Below are positions 1 to 12,205 of a DNA stretch of 45,702 bases, piece after piece. The notes beneath the pieces are model-generated. The model was not told where the DNA came from. It saw only the letters and a list, made by a program, of their open reading frames with translations, and searched no databases. Every line of letters starts with the position of its first letter. The stretch's first letter is position 1. This DNA is from Octopus bimaculoides. Taxonomy: Eukaryota. The DNA lies in contig NC_068981.1 of NCBI RefSeq assembly GCF_001194135.2, forward strand, positions 21,431,902-21,477,603, in the 5' to 3' direction. A program made the position numbers and the translations under genes.

Positions 1-175
1 TGATGCTGGTGTGTTTACGTCCCCGTAACTTAGCGGTTCGGCAAAGAGACGGATAGAATAAGTACTAAACTTACAAAGAATAAGTCCTGGGGTCAATTTA
101 CTCAACTAAAGGCGGTGCTCCAGCATAGCCACAGTCAAATGACTGAAACAAGTAAAAGAGTAAAAAGAGTAAAGA

Positions 176-176
<1 letters not shown>
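1..176 (+). mobile_element. SINE family A, 3' half, with (GAGTAAAA)n-type tail
   Basis: Matches the 3' halves of the copies at 7491-7883 and 10257-10580. Confidence 0.8.
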
Positions 177-220
<44 letters not shown>

Positions 221-221
221 A

Positions 222-619
222 ACCTGGGCACCAAACCATTAATCTGTTACTTGTTAATTAACGAAGTTAAGAAGTTAACATTTTCGTTAACGATTTAACT
301 TTTAAGTTAACTTTGGAAATCATTATCGGACTAATTAACTTCCGTTACATTTAACTTCTATTAACTCAAGTCAACTTGAGATAACTTCCGTTAACTTCAA
401 TTGTTATAAGTTTTGGCACTTTTTAAAGGTATTTTTAGGTGGTTTTAGTGCAAAAACTGATTTTTGTTTTTTTTTTGTAATAAAAATTAACGTTAACGGT
501 TTATCAATAACTTCCTTTACATTTTTAAAGAATTAACTGATTAACAGTTATTGAAGTTAACTTTTTTGGTTAACAGATTAATGGTTAATGAAGTTAAATT
601 TTCGATTAACAGTGACCGC

Positions 620-621
<2 letters not shown>
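222..621. mobile_element. MITE-like non-autonomous DNA element rich in GTTAAC/TAAC motifs, between (TA)n tracts
   Basis: Perfect 16-bp inverted repeat AACCATTAATCTGTTA (234-249) / TAACAGATTAATGGTT (571-586). About 25 TAAC/GTTA motifs by hand count. (TA)n lies on both sides. Confidence 0.55.
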
Positions 622-660
<39 letters not shown>

Positions 661-746
661 TATGTTTTATTGCAAAAACACTAATAGATGTGATAACTTA
701 AATGAATGATAGTGGAAAACACTAAGAGTTGCTTATTTTTCATCAG

Positions 747-1078
747 GGTAGCCAATGTTAGAGGTACTGAAAATTTTGTGTTGGATGGCACTGAGAGTCC
801 AGTACCTGATGTTCTATGGCTCTTTAGAAGAACTTGCTTAAACATCTGCCATGAAGGTATGTTGGTCTAATCAGACAATTAGTCCTTCAACTAGTAGGAC
901 TAGCCCAACAAGTTGGTGCCACTCATGATAAGGGTGGGGTCCAATACAAAGCCCAACTATCAGCAGCAATACCCCTCTACCCAATACCTCACCCTCCTAA
1001 CACAGCCTACTGTTTAGTCAGCAAGAATGAAATTACTGTTTTACAGAAATATCTAGACTGGGGCAGGAATCATAACAT
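747..1078 (+). CDS. Possible last two coding exons of an unidentified upstream gene: join(747-856,1047-~1078)
   Basis: tttttcatcag|110 nt open in one frame|gtatgt, a 190-nt intron, then ttttacag|AA ATA TCT...TAA. Reads VANVRGTENFVLDGTESPVPDVLWLFRRTCLNICHE-EISRLGQES*. No homologue recognised. Confidence 0.3.
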
Positions 1079-1084
1079 AAATGT

Positions 1085-1502
1085 ATGGTGATGGAGGCAT
1101 CTGATGTGGTAGTGGTAGTGGTTGTATTTGATGTGGTCATGGTTGTGGTGATGGTATTTGATGCAGTGGTGGTGGTGGTGGTGGTGGTGGTGGTTGCGAT
1201 GACAGTGGTAATAGTGAATGTAATGTCTGAAATGGTGGTAATGGCATGAGCTTGTCACAATGATGCCTGAACATTGGGGGTGTGATGGATGGTTCAGTCT
1301 ATATACAGGGAAGAGGCAGAGGATTATTATTATTATTAGTAGTAGTAGTGGTGGTGGTAAATGTCAGATACTGTAGTGGTCATTTCATTTTTCCCAAAGC
1401 TTTAGTCAAGAGGACTTGGTAGCGTCCGTGAACTTTGCTGACCCTCCAAGGGCTGTGCAACTACATTCAGTGTTAGTAGTGGTGGTGGTGGTGGAGGTGG
1501 TG
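1085..1502. repeat. Degenerate (GGT)n/(GTA)n/(ATT)n trinucleotide low-complexity region
   Basis: Directly visible runs; explains the His-rich ORF 1070-1258. Confidence 0.8.
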
Positions 1503-2599
1503 CAGCAACAGGACCATCAGTGATTCAGCTGTTTACTTTCTAAACCAATTTTTGGTATTAACCAATCAGAACGTTTGTGTGTGAAATATTAAAATTATCA
1601 AAAACATCTTTCAACTTCTTCCTATTTTATGTCAGACACAACAGAGATACAGTCCAACTTTTGTGAAGAGAATGGCCTTATTTTGTTGACTGGAATGGTC
1701 TGAAAACAGCTTATATAACCACAAAACTGTGATTGTGAAGTTAAATTATCTGACAGCTAAACACAAAGTTCTGAGTTCAAGTTATGCATCAGTCATTATT
1801 ATGACTGTAGATCTTCCATTGTTGTAAGTAGAAAAGAAAATTTTATAGCTTTTTAATTGATTAATCTATGAAGGAGGGGTACACCAATGATGCTCTTCAG
1901 GGCCTCTCAGAATGGTAGGAGGAAGTTGTTCTCAGATCAGAGACCTTCCTCAAATGCCTGCAACAAAGTGGACCCTGCTAAGGACACCCAAGGTCCAAGA
2001 CATGACATTCAAGTGGGTGATGGAATTTAACACAGTCCTATAGCTTGCCAGCTCCTATCAAATCATCCGACCTATGCCAGCTTGGAAAACAGACATTAAA
2101 TGATGATGATTATGGATCAAATCTTCCATCCTATAACAGAAGTAGGTTACCACACACTTCCATTTACCAAATTTCACTCATATGGCTTCGGTCAACCTGA
2201 CACTAAAGTAGAAGATTCTTGCTGAATGTGCTAGGCATTGGATTGAACCCAATACCACATAGCTGTGGAGCAAACTTCTTAACCACATAGCCATTTTACT
2301 GGCTTCACTTATTAGACTAAGACCATGATCTGAACCCAAAACTTATACAGGGCACAGGCATGGCCATGTGGTTAAGAAGTTCATCCTGCAAACCTGTGTT
2401 TCTGGGTTCAGTCCAGCTGTACAACATCTTGGGCAAATGTCTTCTATACAGCTTTGGATTGACCAATGCTTTATGACAGGAATTTCATAGATGGAAACCC
2501 TATCATATAGCGTCGTCATCATCATCATCATTTATGGCTGGATAAGTCTTGTCAGATTAATAGCCTATACGTGGATGTCCTTCCTGATACATAATCATT

Positions 2600-3225
2600 T
2601 TATTGTCCATTTTCCCATGCTTGCTTGGATTGGATGGAGTTTATCGAGGAAGATTTTCTATGGACAGATGTATTTCCTGTCGTCAACCCTTACCTAGTAA
2701 TATTACCTCATGGCCAGACATGTTTCCTTAGAATATTCAAAATGAATGACATTCATTTATAACAATTATGTGATGTTAAGACAAGGAAATACAAACACAC
2801 ACTCGTATGAATGCATGTGTGTATGTGAGTATGTATATATACGACAGAAGGCGGCGTGCTGGCAAAAACGTTAGCATGCCAGGCAAAATGTTTAGCGGTA
2901 TTTCGTCTGTCTTTACGTTCTGAGTTCAAATTCCACCGAGGTCCACTTTACCTTTCATCCTTTCAGGGTCGATAAATTAAGTACCAGTTGCACACTGGGG
3001 TCGATCTAATCGACTGGCACCCCCTCCCCCAAAATTTTGGGCCTTGGCTTAGAGTAGAAAAGAATATATAGATATAACAGGCTCCTTTCATTTTCCATCT
3101 ACCAAATTCATCCACAAGGTTTTTGTCAGCCTGAAGCTATAGGAGAAAACGCTTGCTCAAGGTGCCATGCAGTAGAGCTGAACCATGTGGTTGGGAAACA
3201 AACATCTTAACCACACAACCACAAC
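2600..3225 (-). mobile_element. SINE A2 (family A tRNA-like head plus RTE-like tail), interrupted by a SINE B copy
   Basis: Head at about 3075-3225, then a microsatellite, then a body matching the copies at 20985-21290 and 23740-24135. Confidence 0.65.
2848..3065 (+). mobile_element. SINE family B (AAGGCGGCG... head with B-box GAGTTCAAATTCC)
   Basis: Homologous copies at about 11995-12205, 34495-34705 and 41825-41960. Confidence 0.75.
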
Positions 3226-3844
3226 TCCTCAACCTAATTTGCTTTTCAAGTGAGGTACTTATTCCATGACTTCATATAAGCTACCAAGTTATAAAACAAA
3301 CCTCATCACCACTTACTGAATGGTGTCAACACAAAAATACATGGATACAATTGCATTCCTCAGAATGTATGTGTGTGTGAGTAGATATGGCTATGTAGTT
3401 ACAGATTTCGTTTTACAGCTGCATAAGTCCTTTCCAATCCATGCCAACATGGAAAAAAATGGCTCATAAAATAAATGATGATGATGATGGTAGAGGTGGT
3501 GTATATGTGTGTTGTTTGCTGATGTACATAAATTAATAAAGTAATGCTTTAGAATAAAAATACTAGGGAGTCAAAGGGTTTTTAAGTAAACTTAGCAAAG
3601 ACCAAGGTCCTACTAAGTAGAATATCAGACAGGACCCTTCACCCTTCTCGTAAATGACCCTGCTCAATATGTAGGAAGGGTGTAAGCAGAAATTCTGTTT
3701 GGTGTACTCAGTGCAAGTAATGGACACACAAGAGGTGTTGTGGAATAGCAGGAAGGTTAACAGAAAAAGTAGTGTTTGTACGTGGAAGATGTATGGAAGC
3801 CATAAAGAACACAAATACATGGGAAACTGATTTTGTTAAATGTC

Positions 3845-4698
3845 CCAGTGGCTCTCTGGTGGATAATTTCAGCTACCTGGGTGACCTAATTAGCAGTGAG
3901 GAGGCTGTACAGAAAGTGTAATTGCTAGAATAAGAATAGGGTGGAGGAAGTTCAGAAGCTTTTACCTCTTTTGGCAACCAAAGGTCTTTCTTTGAGTGAA
4001 GGGAAGATTGTATGATGCATGTGCATGAGCTGTGATACTATATGGTAGTGAGACGTGGGCCGTGAATGGGGAGGACATGTAAAAGCTGGAGAAGAATGAA
4101 GCCGGTATGCTCTACTGGACGTTCTCTACTGGATGTCAGTGTGCATGTACAACAAAGTGCTAGTATATGAAGAGGCATAAGAGGAATTAGATGCAGTGTG
4201 CAAGAGAGGAGACTGCATTGGTTTGGTCATGTAATGCAGATGGATGAGGACAGTTGCGCTAAGAAGTTCTGATCACTTTAAGTGGAGGGAAGTTGTAGAA
4301 AAGGGAGACCCAGGAAGACATGGGATGAAGTACTGAAGGTTGATCTCAAAACACTGAATCTTATGAAGGAGATGACAGAGGACCAAGATATGTAGCGCAT
4401 TGCTGTACTCGAGAAGACTTGCACACCACATGAGAATTGAAATCCTAAAACTAAGGTGCTATACTCAAAAAGACATGCCCACCACAACAGAGCTGATATC
4501 CTAAAACTATGATGCCACATAAAAAGCATCCAGTAGTCTGTGCACTGGTTGACATTAGGAAGGGCATCCAGCTGGAGAAACCATGCTAAAACAGACTATG
4601 GAATCTGGTGTGACCCCAGGAATTGCTGGTTCCTGTCAAGCCATCCAACCCATGCCAACATGGAAAAATGGACATTAAATGTTGATGATGATGATGGT
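3845..4698 (+). mobile_element. Degenerate 5'-truncated RTE-clade LINE (ORF C-terminus, 3' UTR and (GAT)n tail)
   Basis: Across frameshifts it reads VDNFSYLGDLISS, IARIRIGWRKFR, LYGSETWAV, RRLHWFGHVMQM and RKGRPRKTWDEVLKVDLKTLNL, which are typical post-RT RTE motifs. It ends in the shared stem-loop plus gatgatgatg tail. Confidence 0.85.
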
Positions 4699-6769
4699 AT
4701 TTGTTCTGTCCAAATTGCAGATATTACCTTATCATTTTCACAGCTGTAAATGGTACAAATTAGTGATTGGCCGGTTAATAAACGAAATAACAATAATAAT
4801 AATAATAATAAACTTATTGTATGGGCTTATATTACAGGCTTTAATGCACTAAAACCTTTTTTCCTGGATATCTACTGTTGAAATTAGGGTGCATTTAATA
4901 TGTCTCTGCATCATTTATACCACCAGATACAGAATTTATTGGGGATGCAGCACAAGAGTCCATGAGTTGTCTTTGTAAACCCTTATACATGGCTATGTAA
5001 AGAAATTCACACTGCTATTATCCTCAATATCACTACACAGTATCTGAGCAAATGTGTTCCACCACAACCCTCCCTCAGTTGACCAAAGCCTTGAGAGTAA
5101 AATCTAGCAGTGGGAAACTAAATGTTAGCCAATTGGTGGGACCATTCTTATTCTTGGATGATGAACTTAATCTGTTGCTCTATTCTAAAACCACCTCATG
5201 GGCCTTGGGTACCTTTTGGGGAATCCACTCTGTTGCAAGATTTCAGGACAGGTTTCCAATCTGAGGATACCCCATGAGTTGCAGTGTTTTACCCACTTTT
5301 TTTTCTCCTATCTAGTCTCAGAGACTCAGAAAAAAAAAAAAAAATCATGGGCAACGCCCTTTCCAAAATTTTTAAAAAATAAACAAATAAATAAAAAAAC
5401 ATAAAAAATTATGATTTGGTGTCTCGTTGTAGGATCTATCAAAGATTTACAGAAAATGATTTAAACTTGGAAGAATGATCTATAGTCTAAAAGTTAACAA
5501 CATAGAACACAAAATCCCAGTGCCACCTGGAAAGTGGCCTTGCTTGATATCTAGAAAGGGAATTGGTTGGAATGTACTAATACTATGTACTAAGTGTTCT
5601 AGGTGCTAGACTGAACCTAGTGCTAAATTTACACTACAAGCAGGCCCCTGGATGTTTTTTAATGGAGTCTACTGCATTGCAAGTATTCAGGCCAAGTCTT
5701 CAATTCAACTTCCTTCTTTACACCAAGCAGTTTCATAGGCCCTGAAAGGCATTTCTGCCCTTCTTCTTATGAGTAACCCAATAAGAAAATAAGGAGAATA
5801 AAAAAGAAAGGAAAATGGGTACAACAGGAATAGCGGAATGTTTTTCAGGCTGACAGAGCAGAATTTCAGATGTTCAAGAGTAATTAATACATAATAATAC
5901 TTATGAAATGAAGTAATCAGTAGAAGCTAGATCAATATACTGAATTACATCTCTATATTTAGAAGATCAATGTACTTCAAGCTGCTCACAAGATACACAG
6001 GTGATCATCTGTGACACCTGGATAATATAGTATTGAGATGGTTGCAATGAAAATAGCTGAACAATAGCTTTGTGTCAGAACAAAGGATTTCTTTCATTGT
6101 GAAGCATACATATAAATAGTGAGATATGGCCATTGAATGTGAAAGATCTGAGGAAGTTTGAGAGAAATGAAATGATTATGACCTGTTGCCAGTGCAAAGT
6201 TATTTGGAACAAAAGACAAATGAAAAAAAATAAACAAACAAGTGAATTGTAAGGCAGGCTGAGTTTTAAAAGTAGTTGTTGAAGTGTGCAAGGGAAATAA
6301 CTACACTGGTAAGGATATGTTATGCGAGTGAAGGATGAGGCACATTCATTCTTTCGTTTTATGCCTGTCTTTCCATACTAGGATGGGTTAGATGAATATT
6401 ATTGAGGCATTGTTTTACAGTATGATGCTCTACCTCAAAAACAAACCTGTCTGTTTTTCAAGTAAAGAATCTCTTAATCAAAATGGTTCTGAAAGCCCAG
6501 AGCTAGGAAATGCCAGCAAATTTTAAAACTTGTAGTCCAGTTGGTCATGTGAAGCATACAGAATGTAAACACACACACACGAACACATGCACATATACAT
6601 TGTGTGTATGTATTCACTCACAAGATATTTGGTCGATGTGGAGCCACAGTAGAAGATGCTTGACCAAGATGCCAGAGAGGGACTGAACCAAAAGCCATCT
6701 GGTTGAAAACAAGCTTTTTAACCTCACAGCCATACCTACAATCGAGGTCTCAGTAAAAATGTGGCATAC

Positions 6770-6970
6770 ATGCTAATATTAGAGGCTACTGATGGAATAG
6801 ATGGACCAAAGAAAATGTGAGAAATAGTGGCACTTGATCTCAGAATGTTAAGCCTCAAAAAAGAGAAGGTGAAAGACTGAGTGACTAGTGATACCTTGTG
6901 GCTGACCCAGCTAACTCCTCTCAGGACAAAAATCATATGTTGAAATATTGATGAGGATGATGATGAGTTG
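6770..6970 (+). mobile_element. Old RTE LINE 3' fragment
   Basis: DGPKKM*EIVALDLRMLSL...TSDTLW resembles GRPRKTWDEV..DL.TL.L, and the fragment ends in gatgaggatgatgatg. Confidence 0.45.
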
Positions 6971-7490
6971 TAAATAACAATATCTACAAACTCCAAATTG
7001 TCACCTAAGGATGCAAGACAATGCCTACAATCCAGGGAACAAGAAGTCTGATATTTAAGCCAAAATTACATCTCTACATCTCACAGATATCATATTAGTG
7101 GCTTTCTACAGCTCTCAAAACGTCTACTGTCACAGTTACTTAAGATAATACGAAAAACTAAGTCTAAAGCTGCTCACTTCAAAGGTATGGGGTGGTTGTC
7201 CCATGAATAATCAGTGCACTCATTCTTTATGTCCAGACTGCTGCTAGAATATAGACATAGATGTAGTGATTCTGGTATTGGCATAATAGAATCAAGGTGA
7301 TGTTAGTAATTAGTTGTCTCAATTCCATGAGTTTTAGTGGAGATAATGGTTAACTGTATTTGGGCCTCAGTGTTGTAAAACATATTCTTGCTATTTATCC
7401 TGTGTTTGTTTGGATAAATTAAATTAAGTTTGTTGTAATATTGGTTATTTAAAACAGTTGGTACCTCTTACTTGCAATATCTTCATCTTG

Positions 7491-7883
7491 TGGTGTGGTA
7501 AGTAGCTTGCTTACAAACCACATGGTTCTGGGTTCAGTCCCACTGCGTGGCACCTTGGGCAAGTGTCTTCTGCTATAGCCTTGGGCCAACCAAAGCCTTG
7601 TGAGTGGATTTGGTAGATGGAAACTGAAAGAAACTCGTCATATATATGTATATATATATATATATATGTGTGTGTGGATATGTTTGTGTGTCTGTGTTTG
7701 TCCCCCAACATTGCTTGACAACCGATGCTGGTGTGTTTATGTCCCCGTAACATAACGGTTCAGCATAAGTGACCGATAGAATAAGTACTAGGCTTACACA
7801 GAATAAGTCCTGGGGTCGATTTGCTCGACTAAGGCGGTGCTCCAGCATGGCTGCAGTCAAATGACTGAAACAAGTAAAAGAGT
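7491..7883 (+). mobile_element. Near full-length SINE family A (tRNA-like head, CORE-like CCTTGGGCAAGT, internal (TA)n/(TG)n)
   Basis: B-box-like GGGTTCAGTCCC. Collinear with the copies at 10257-10580 and (minus) 44375-44760. Confidence 0.85.
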
Positions 7884-9403
7884 AATTCTGTATATGTCAG
7901 ACAAGACCTAACTAGTTAAAGGGTCTTCACACAGGGAATTCCAAGACCCCATCTTTAGAGAAAGTACAGTGCTAATAACAAATAATAATTAGTCAAGATA
8001 GTGTCCACTATGCTACTGATACACCATAGTCAGGAATATGGTGGGATTGTAGTTTCAGGGATCAAGTGTATTAGGGTAGATTATAACCATGAAGTTCCTC
8101 TTGCATTTAATCATGTAAATTTTTAGCCTTGTTCAAGTGTGTAGAAAACTCTGATATGTCTGCATAGAAAGCACCACTTTTGTGGGTTCACAACTTCCTT
8201 TAATTTGCAACAGAAATATTAAGGGCCCAAACAGCCATAAAAGGGTGTCACAAACCATAGTAGCTTATGAACTCTTTGTACAATTATTCCATGGCTTTCT
8301 TTGTTTAACCAAATGCTGTGTTAGTGAGTGACCATATTACTTCATTTGTTATGTTCTTTACACACTGAGTGTAAATCACTGGCCTGCTATAAGCGCTACC
8401 TTGAATTATAGTCTTTGGTCTGATTATGATATACACGAGAATTGTCTTGATGACCTTCTCTGAGTGCTGAGATTGGTGGCAGTAAGTTACCTTCTGATCA
8501 GAGACCTGACTAATGCTTGCAACAGAGTAGATACTGCTATAGTACCCAAAGACCAGGTGATGGTGTTAAACAGTTTGATGCAATAAGTCTAACACCTACA
8601 ATTCTCAACCCTATCCACCCCAGAGTAACTATTTGGATATTCAGAAATTTTAACGTTTGAGACTAGTATGCAGGAACAAAGAAATACAACTTAGTAGGAG
8701 TCCTTAATAGGATCAACAAAGGAAACACAGACCATTGAACTTAATCATCACATTAGAAGACTAAAGAGCAGAATTGATCATCATCATTATCATTATCATC
8801 ATTCACTTTTTCATGCTTGCACAGGTCAGAATTCATTAAGGCAGCTTTTCTACAGCCAGATGCCCGTCTTGTTTCCAAGCAAGGTAATGTTTCTCCCTGG
8901 CCAGACATGTTTTCATGAACAATTGGAAACAAATGACACCACTTCTATGATGGTGACACTTAATTACATTTATTGCAGCTCTGGGCTATAGCAGATGACA
9001 TTTGCCCAAAGTACTGCAAAATGGGCACACAGTTTTTGCCTGTGTCTATAGAGCTATATCTATGCCTTTGCTAGTAAAGGACACAGTATTAAAGATTTTT
9101 TTTTTTTTAATATGAATCTTTACAACTCTGGAGTATAAAGCAAATTAGAAAGAAATTCTTCTTCCTCTTGGATCAGACAATGGCATTTTACAGGTAAGTT
9201 TTTCCACTGTAGAAATTGAACTCAAAACTATGTCAAAGAAATACATGTCAATCTCTGAGGACAGTTATACAAGTGATGGTCACTAATTAAGGTTAGGAGG
9301 ACTTAGCATTAAATTTCCTGGCCATAAATATAATACAGTAGCAGTGACAGAACAAGTGGGTCACTGTATCTTCAGTTGGTTGTCCAATATCAAGTCAAAC
9401 CAG

Positions 9404-9449
9404 CTTGTTAATATGGTAACAAAAGACTTGTTAATATAGTAACAAAAGA
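9404..9449. repeat. 23-bp tandem duplication
   Basis: CTTGTTAATATGGTAACAAAAGA / CTTGTTAATATAGTAACAAAAGA. Confidence 0.85.
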
Positions 9450-9804
9450 CAATAAAGATATAGACAGATAACAGGAACTGTTGGAAACATTTAATAACTA
9501 TTTAGGAATAATGTGGTATCAAGTAAAGATATTTAATTTGGTAACACTGCTGTTAACTAAATAATAATCAATTACAAGTGAGCCCTGGCCCAGCAAACCT
9601 ACAATCAAATGCATTCACACCATGGCTAACCCCATTTACTTTCAGGAATACAGTACCTTGAATTATATTATCTGATGTGTCTTTTCAAGATGGTAGGATA
9701 TGGTTTGAGGAAATTTTGGCTGCATCTAGGTGGGTTGAACACCCACCTAGAGGCATCCAAGCAACTAGCAGAAGTTAAAACTAATATATCAGGTAATGAA
9801 GGCT

Positions 9805-10240
9805 ATAGGGCAGGTATGGCTCTGAAGTTAAGCCTGCTTTGCAAACATGTGGTCTTAGATTCAGTCCAACTTTGCAGTTCCTTAGGCAAGTGTCTTCTAG
9901 TATAGCCCCAAGCTGACCAAATCCTTATGAGTAGATTTGGTAGGTATAAACTGAAAAAAGCCTGTCATATTCATAAATATATACGTGTTTGTGTGTGTGT
10001 GTGTCCTTGCCTAGACATCATGTGATGGTTGTAAATGAGCATCATCATCATATAAGCAATGTTGTTCATTTCCAGACTTCCAAGACAAACATGTCTAGCT
10101 TTGGAGTTTTGCGAAAGAGATCAGTAAAATAAGTACCAGGCTTTAAAAAGTAAGTATTGGGAGTCAATTTGTTCGACTAAAGCCCTTCAAGGAAGTGCCC
10201 CAGCGTGGCCACAGTCCAATGACTGAAGCAAGAAAAAGAT
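9805..10240 (+). mobile_element. Old chimeric SINE (family A head, A2-type body, family A-type tail)
   Basis: Head at about 9805-9965; A2-like body at about 10000-10100; tail module at about 10105-10240. Confidence 0.55.
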
Positions 10241-10256
10241 AAAAAAATAAATATCA

Positions 10257-10580
10257 ACAGGTGCAGGAGTGGCTGTGTGATAAGAAGCTTGCTTCCCAAC
10301 TACATGGTTCCAGGGTCCGACCAAAGCCTTGTGAGTGGATTTAATAGATGGAAACTGAATGAAGCCTGTTGTACATATATACATATGTATATATTTGTGT
10401 GTGTCTGTGTTTGTCACCCCATCATTGTTTGACAACTGATGTTGGTATGTTTACATCCTCATAACTTAGTGGTTCGGCAAAAGAGACCGATAGAATAAGT
10501 ACTAGGCTTACAAAGATTTGTTCGACTGAAGGCAGTGCTCCAGCATGGCTGCAGTCAAATGACTGAAACAAGTAAAAGAA
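10257..10580 (+). mobile_element. Full-length SINE family A with internal deletions
   Basis: Head GCAGGAGTGGCTGTGTG... through tail ACAAGTAAAAGAA, collinear with 7491-7883. Confidence 0.85.
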
Positions 10581-11994
10581 TGGAGATACACATAAGTTAT
10601 TTTGCTAAATGCAACCAAATCGTTAATTGTTATTAAAATGAATAGAAGCATAGAGGGGAGCATACTTCATTGGAAATATGGTCACGAGAATGTTAGAAAT
10701 AACTCTGGAGAAATCTTACAAATACACATTTACTGGAAATAACTTGATTAGGAAATTGAATAATGATTGTGATGATTGGATATATGAAGAAAGCTGGATA
10801 AAATTGTACAATGATCTTGTAAAGAAGCTCCAAGAATTGAACCTCTTGTCGGTCTTCCAGTGATATTATGACACACAATGTCTATCGCAGGGGTCGGGGA
10901 CAATTTAAGGATTAATTTTATTTTTATGTTTTATATATCTTTAAAGCTGTGATATGGTATTTCAGTATGTTTGCATTATCACACACGTGGAAGCTCTAAA
11001 AGTGTCAAAGCTTGAATAGTTCAATCAAAATTTAAAAAATCAGTTCAACAATTGAATGAATGCAAATTTTAGAAATGTCAGAATAATTAAAAACATTAAG
11101 AAGGCTTCAGTTTTCTTAATTTTGTTCTAAAAATAAAAAAAACTTTCGATGTACGCGCTATTTAAAGGTAGATAACTCTGTGTCATCATGATTTATAGTT
11201 TTCTTCAGAATTTCATTACTCTTCAAAAATTACGTTTGACATTTGGTACAAGATGATAGAGTCAAAAATAAAGTCTCTACGGTGATCACTCAAACCATTA
11301 GAAATAGCAACCAAACCCCCTTCGAATCTTAACATTTTCAAAACGGAAAGACACAGGATAATGTAGTCATAGGTATAATATTGGTGCAGGTTAAGAAGTT
11401 TGTTTCACTATTACATTGAGTTCAAATCCAACATACGAAATCCTTGGGGAAATATCTTCTACTATAACCTTGTGAGTAAAATTTGGTAGATGAAAGCTGA
11501 AAAGAAGCCTGTCAAAGGAACCGTTTTTGTTCTTTGAGGAGAGACTTAATCATAATGAATTGTCATGTCTTAACGCATTCTGTTGTGAATATGTTAATTG
11601 CTGCTGTGTTTTATCATTGTAGAACAACTTCTTTCAGATGAATGCATGTTCATAAAACACTAGATTCATTATCATAGACTGGTTTAAACTCACCACCTGG
11701 CACATTGGGTACCTTCAGTGGAGTCTTTGCTGCAAGTATTTAGAGCAGGTCTCTGATCTGAGGATAATTTCTTCCCATTAATCACAGAGGCCCTGAAAAG
11801 GATCATGGGTATTGCTCTCTCTCTCTTCTTCTTCTTCGCTCTCCTCAGACTTAGCTATTAAAACAGGTCTGCACAAAAGTTTGGATGGTCATGATTAAAA
11901 TAACTTCAACAACAAATTTGTTTAATGAGGGCTGACTTCAGGTAAAATAACAATAAAGATGTATACACTGTCTAATATTACACAACATATATAA

Positions 11995-12205
11995 AGCAGT
12001 GAGCTGACAAAATCAACAGTACACTGGACAAAATGTTTAGCAGTATTTCGTCCATCTTTATGTTCCGAGTTCAAATTCCGTTGAGGCTGACTTTGTCTTT
12101 CATCCTTTTGGGGTTGATAAAATAAGGACTGATTGAGCACTGGAGTTAATGCAATCAACTTAGCCACTCCTACGTAACTGTGCCAAAATTCGAAACCAAT
12201 ATTAC
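11995..12205 (+). mobile_element. SINE family B, diverged
   Basis: Collinear with 2848-3065. Confidence 0.65.

Noticed and set aside
1070-1520. His-rich ORF and Pro/Thr-rich alternative minus-strand frames
   Set aside because: These are by-products of (GGT)n repeats. The Pro-rich frame has internal stops and no convincing splice sites.
10610-10878. Overlapping 61-aa ORFs on both strands in a coding-looking stretch
   Set aside because: There are multiple stops in other frames and no recognisable motif. It is probably decayed transposon sequence.
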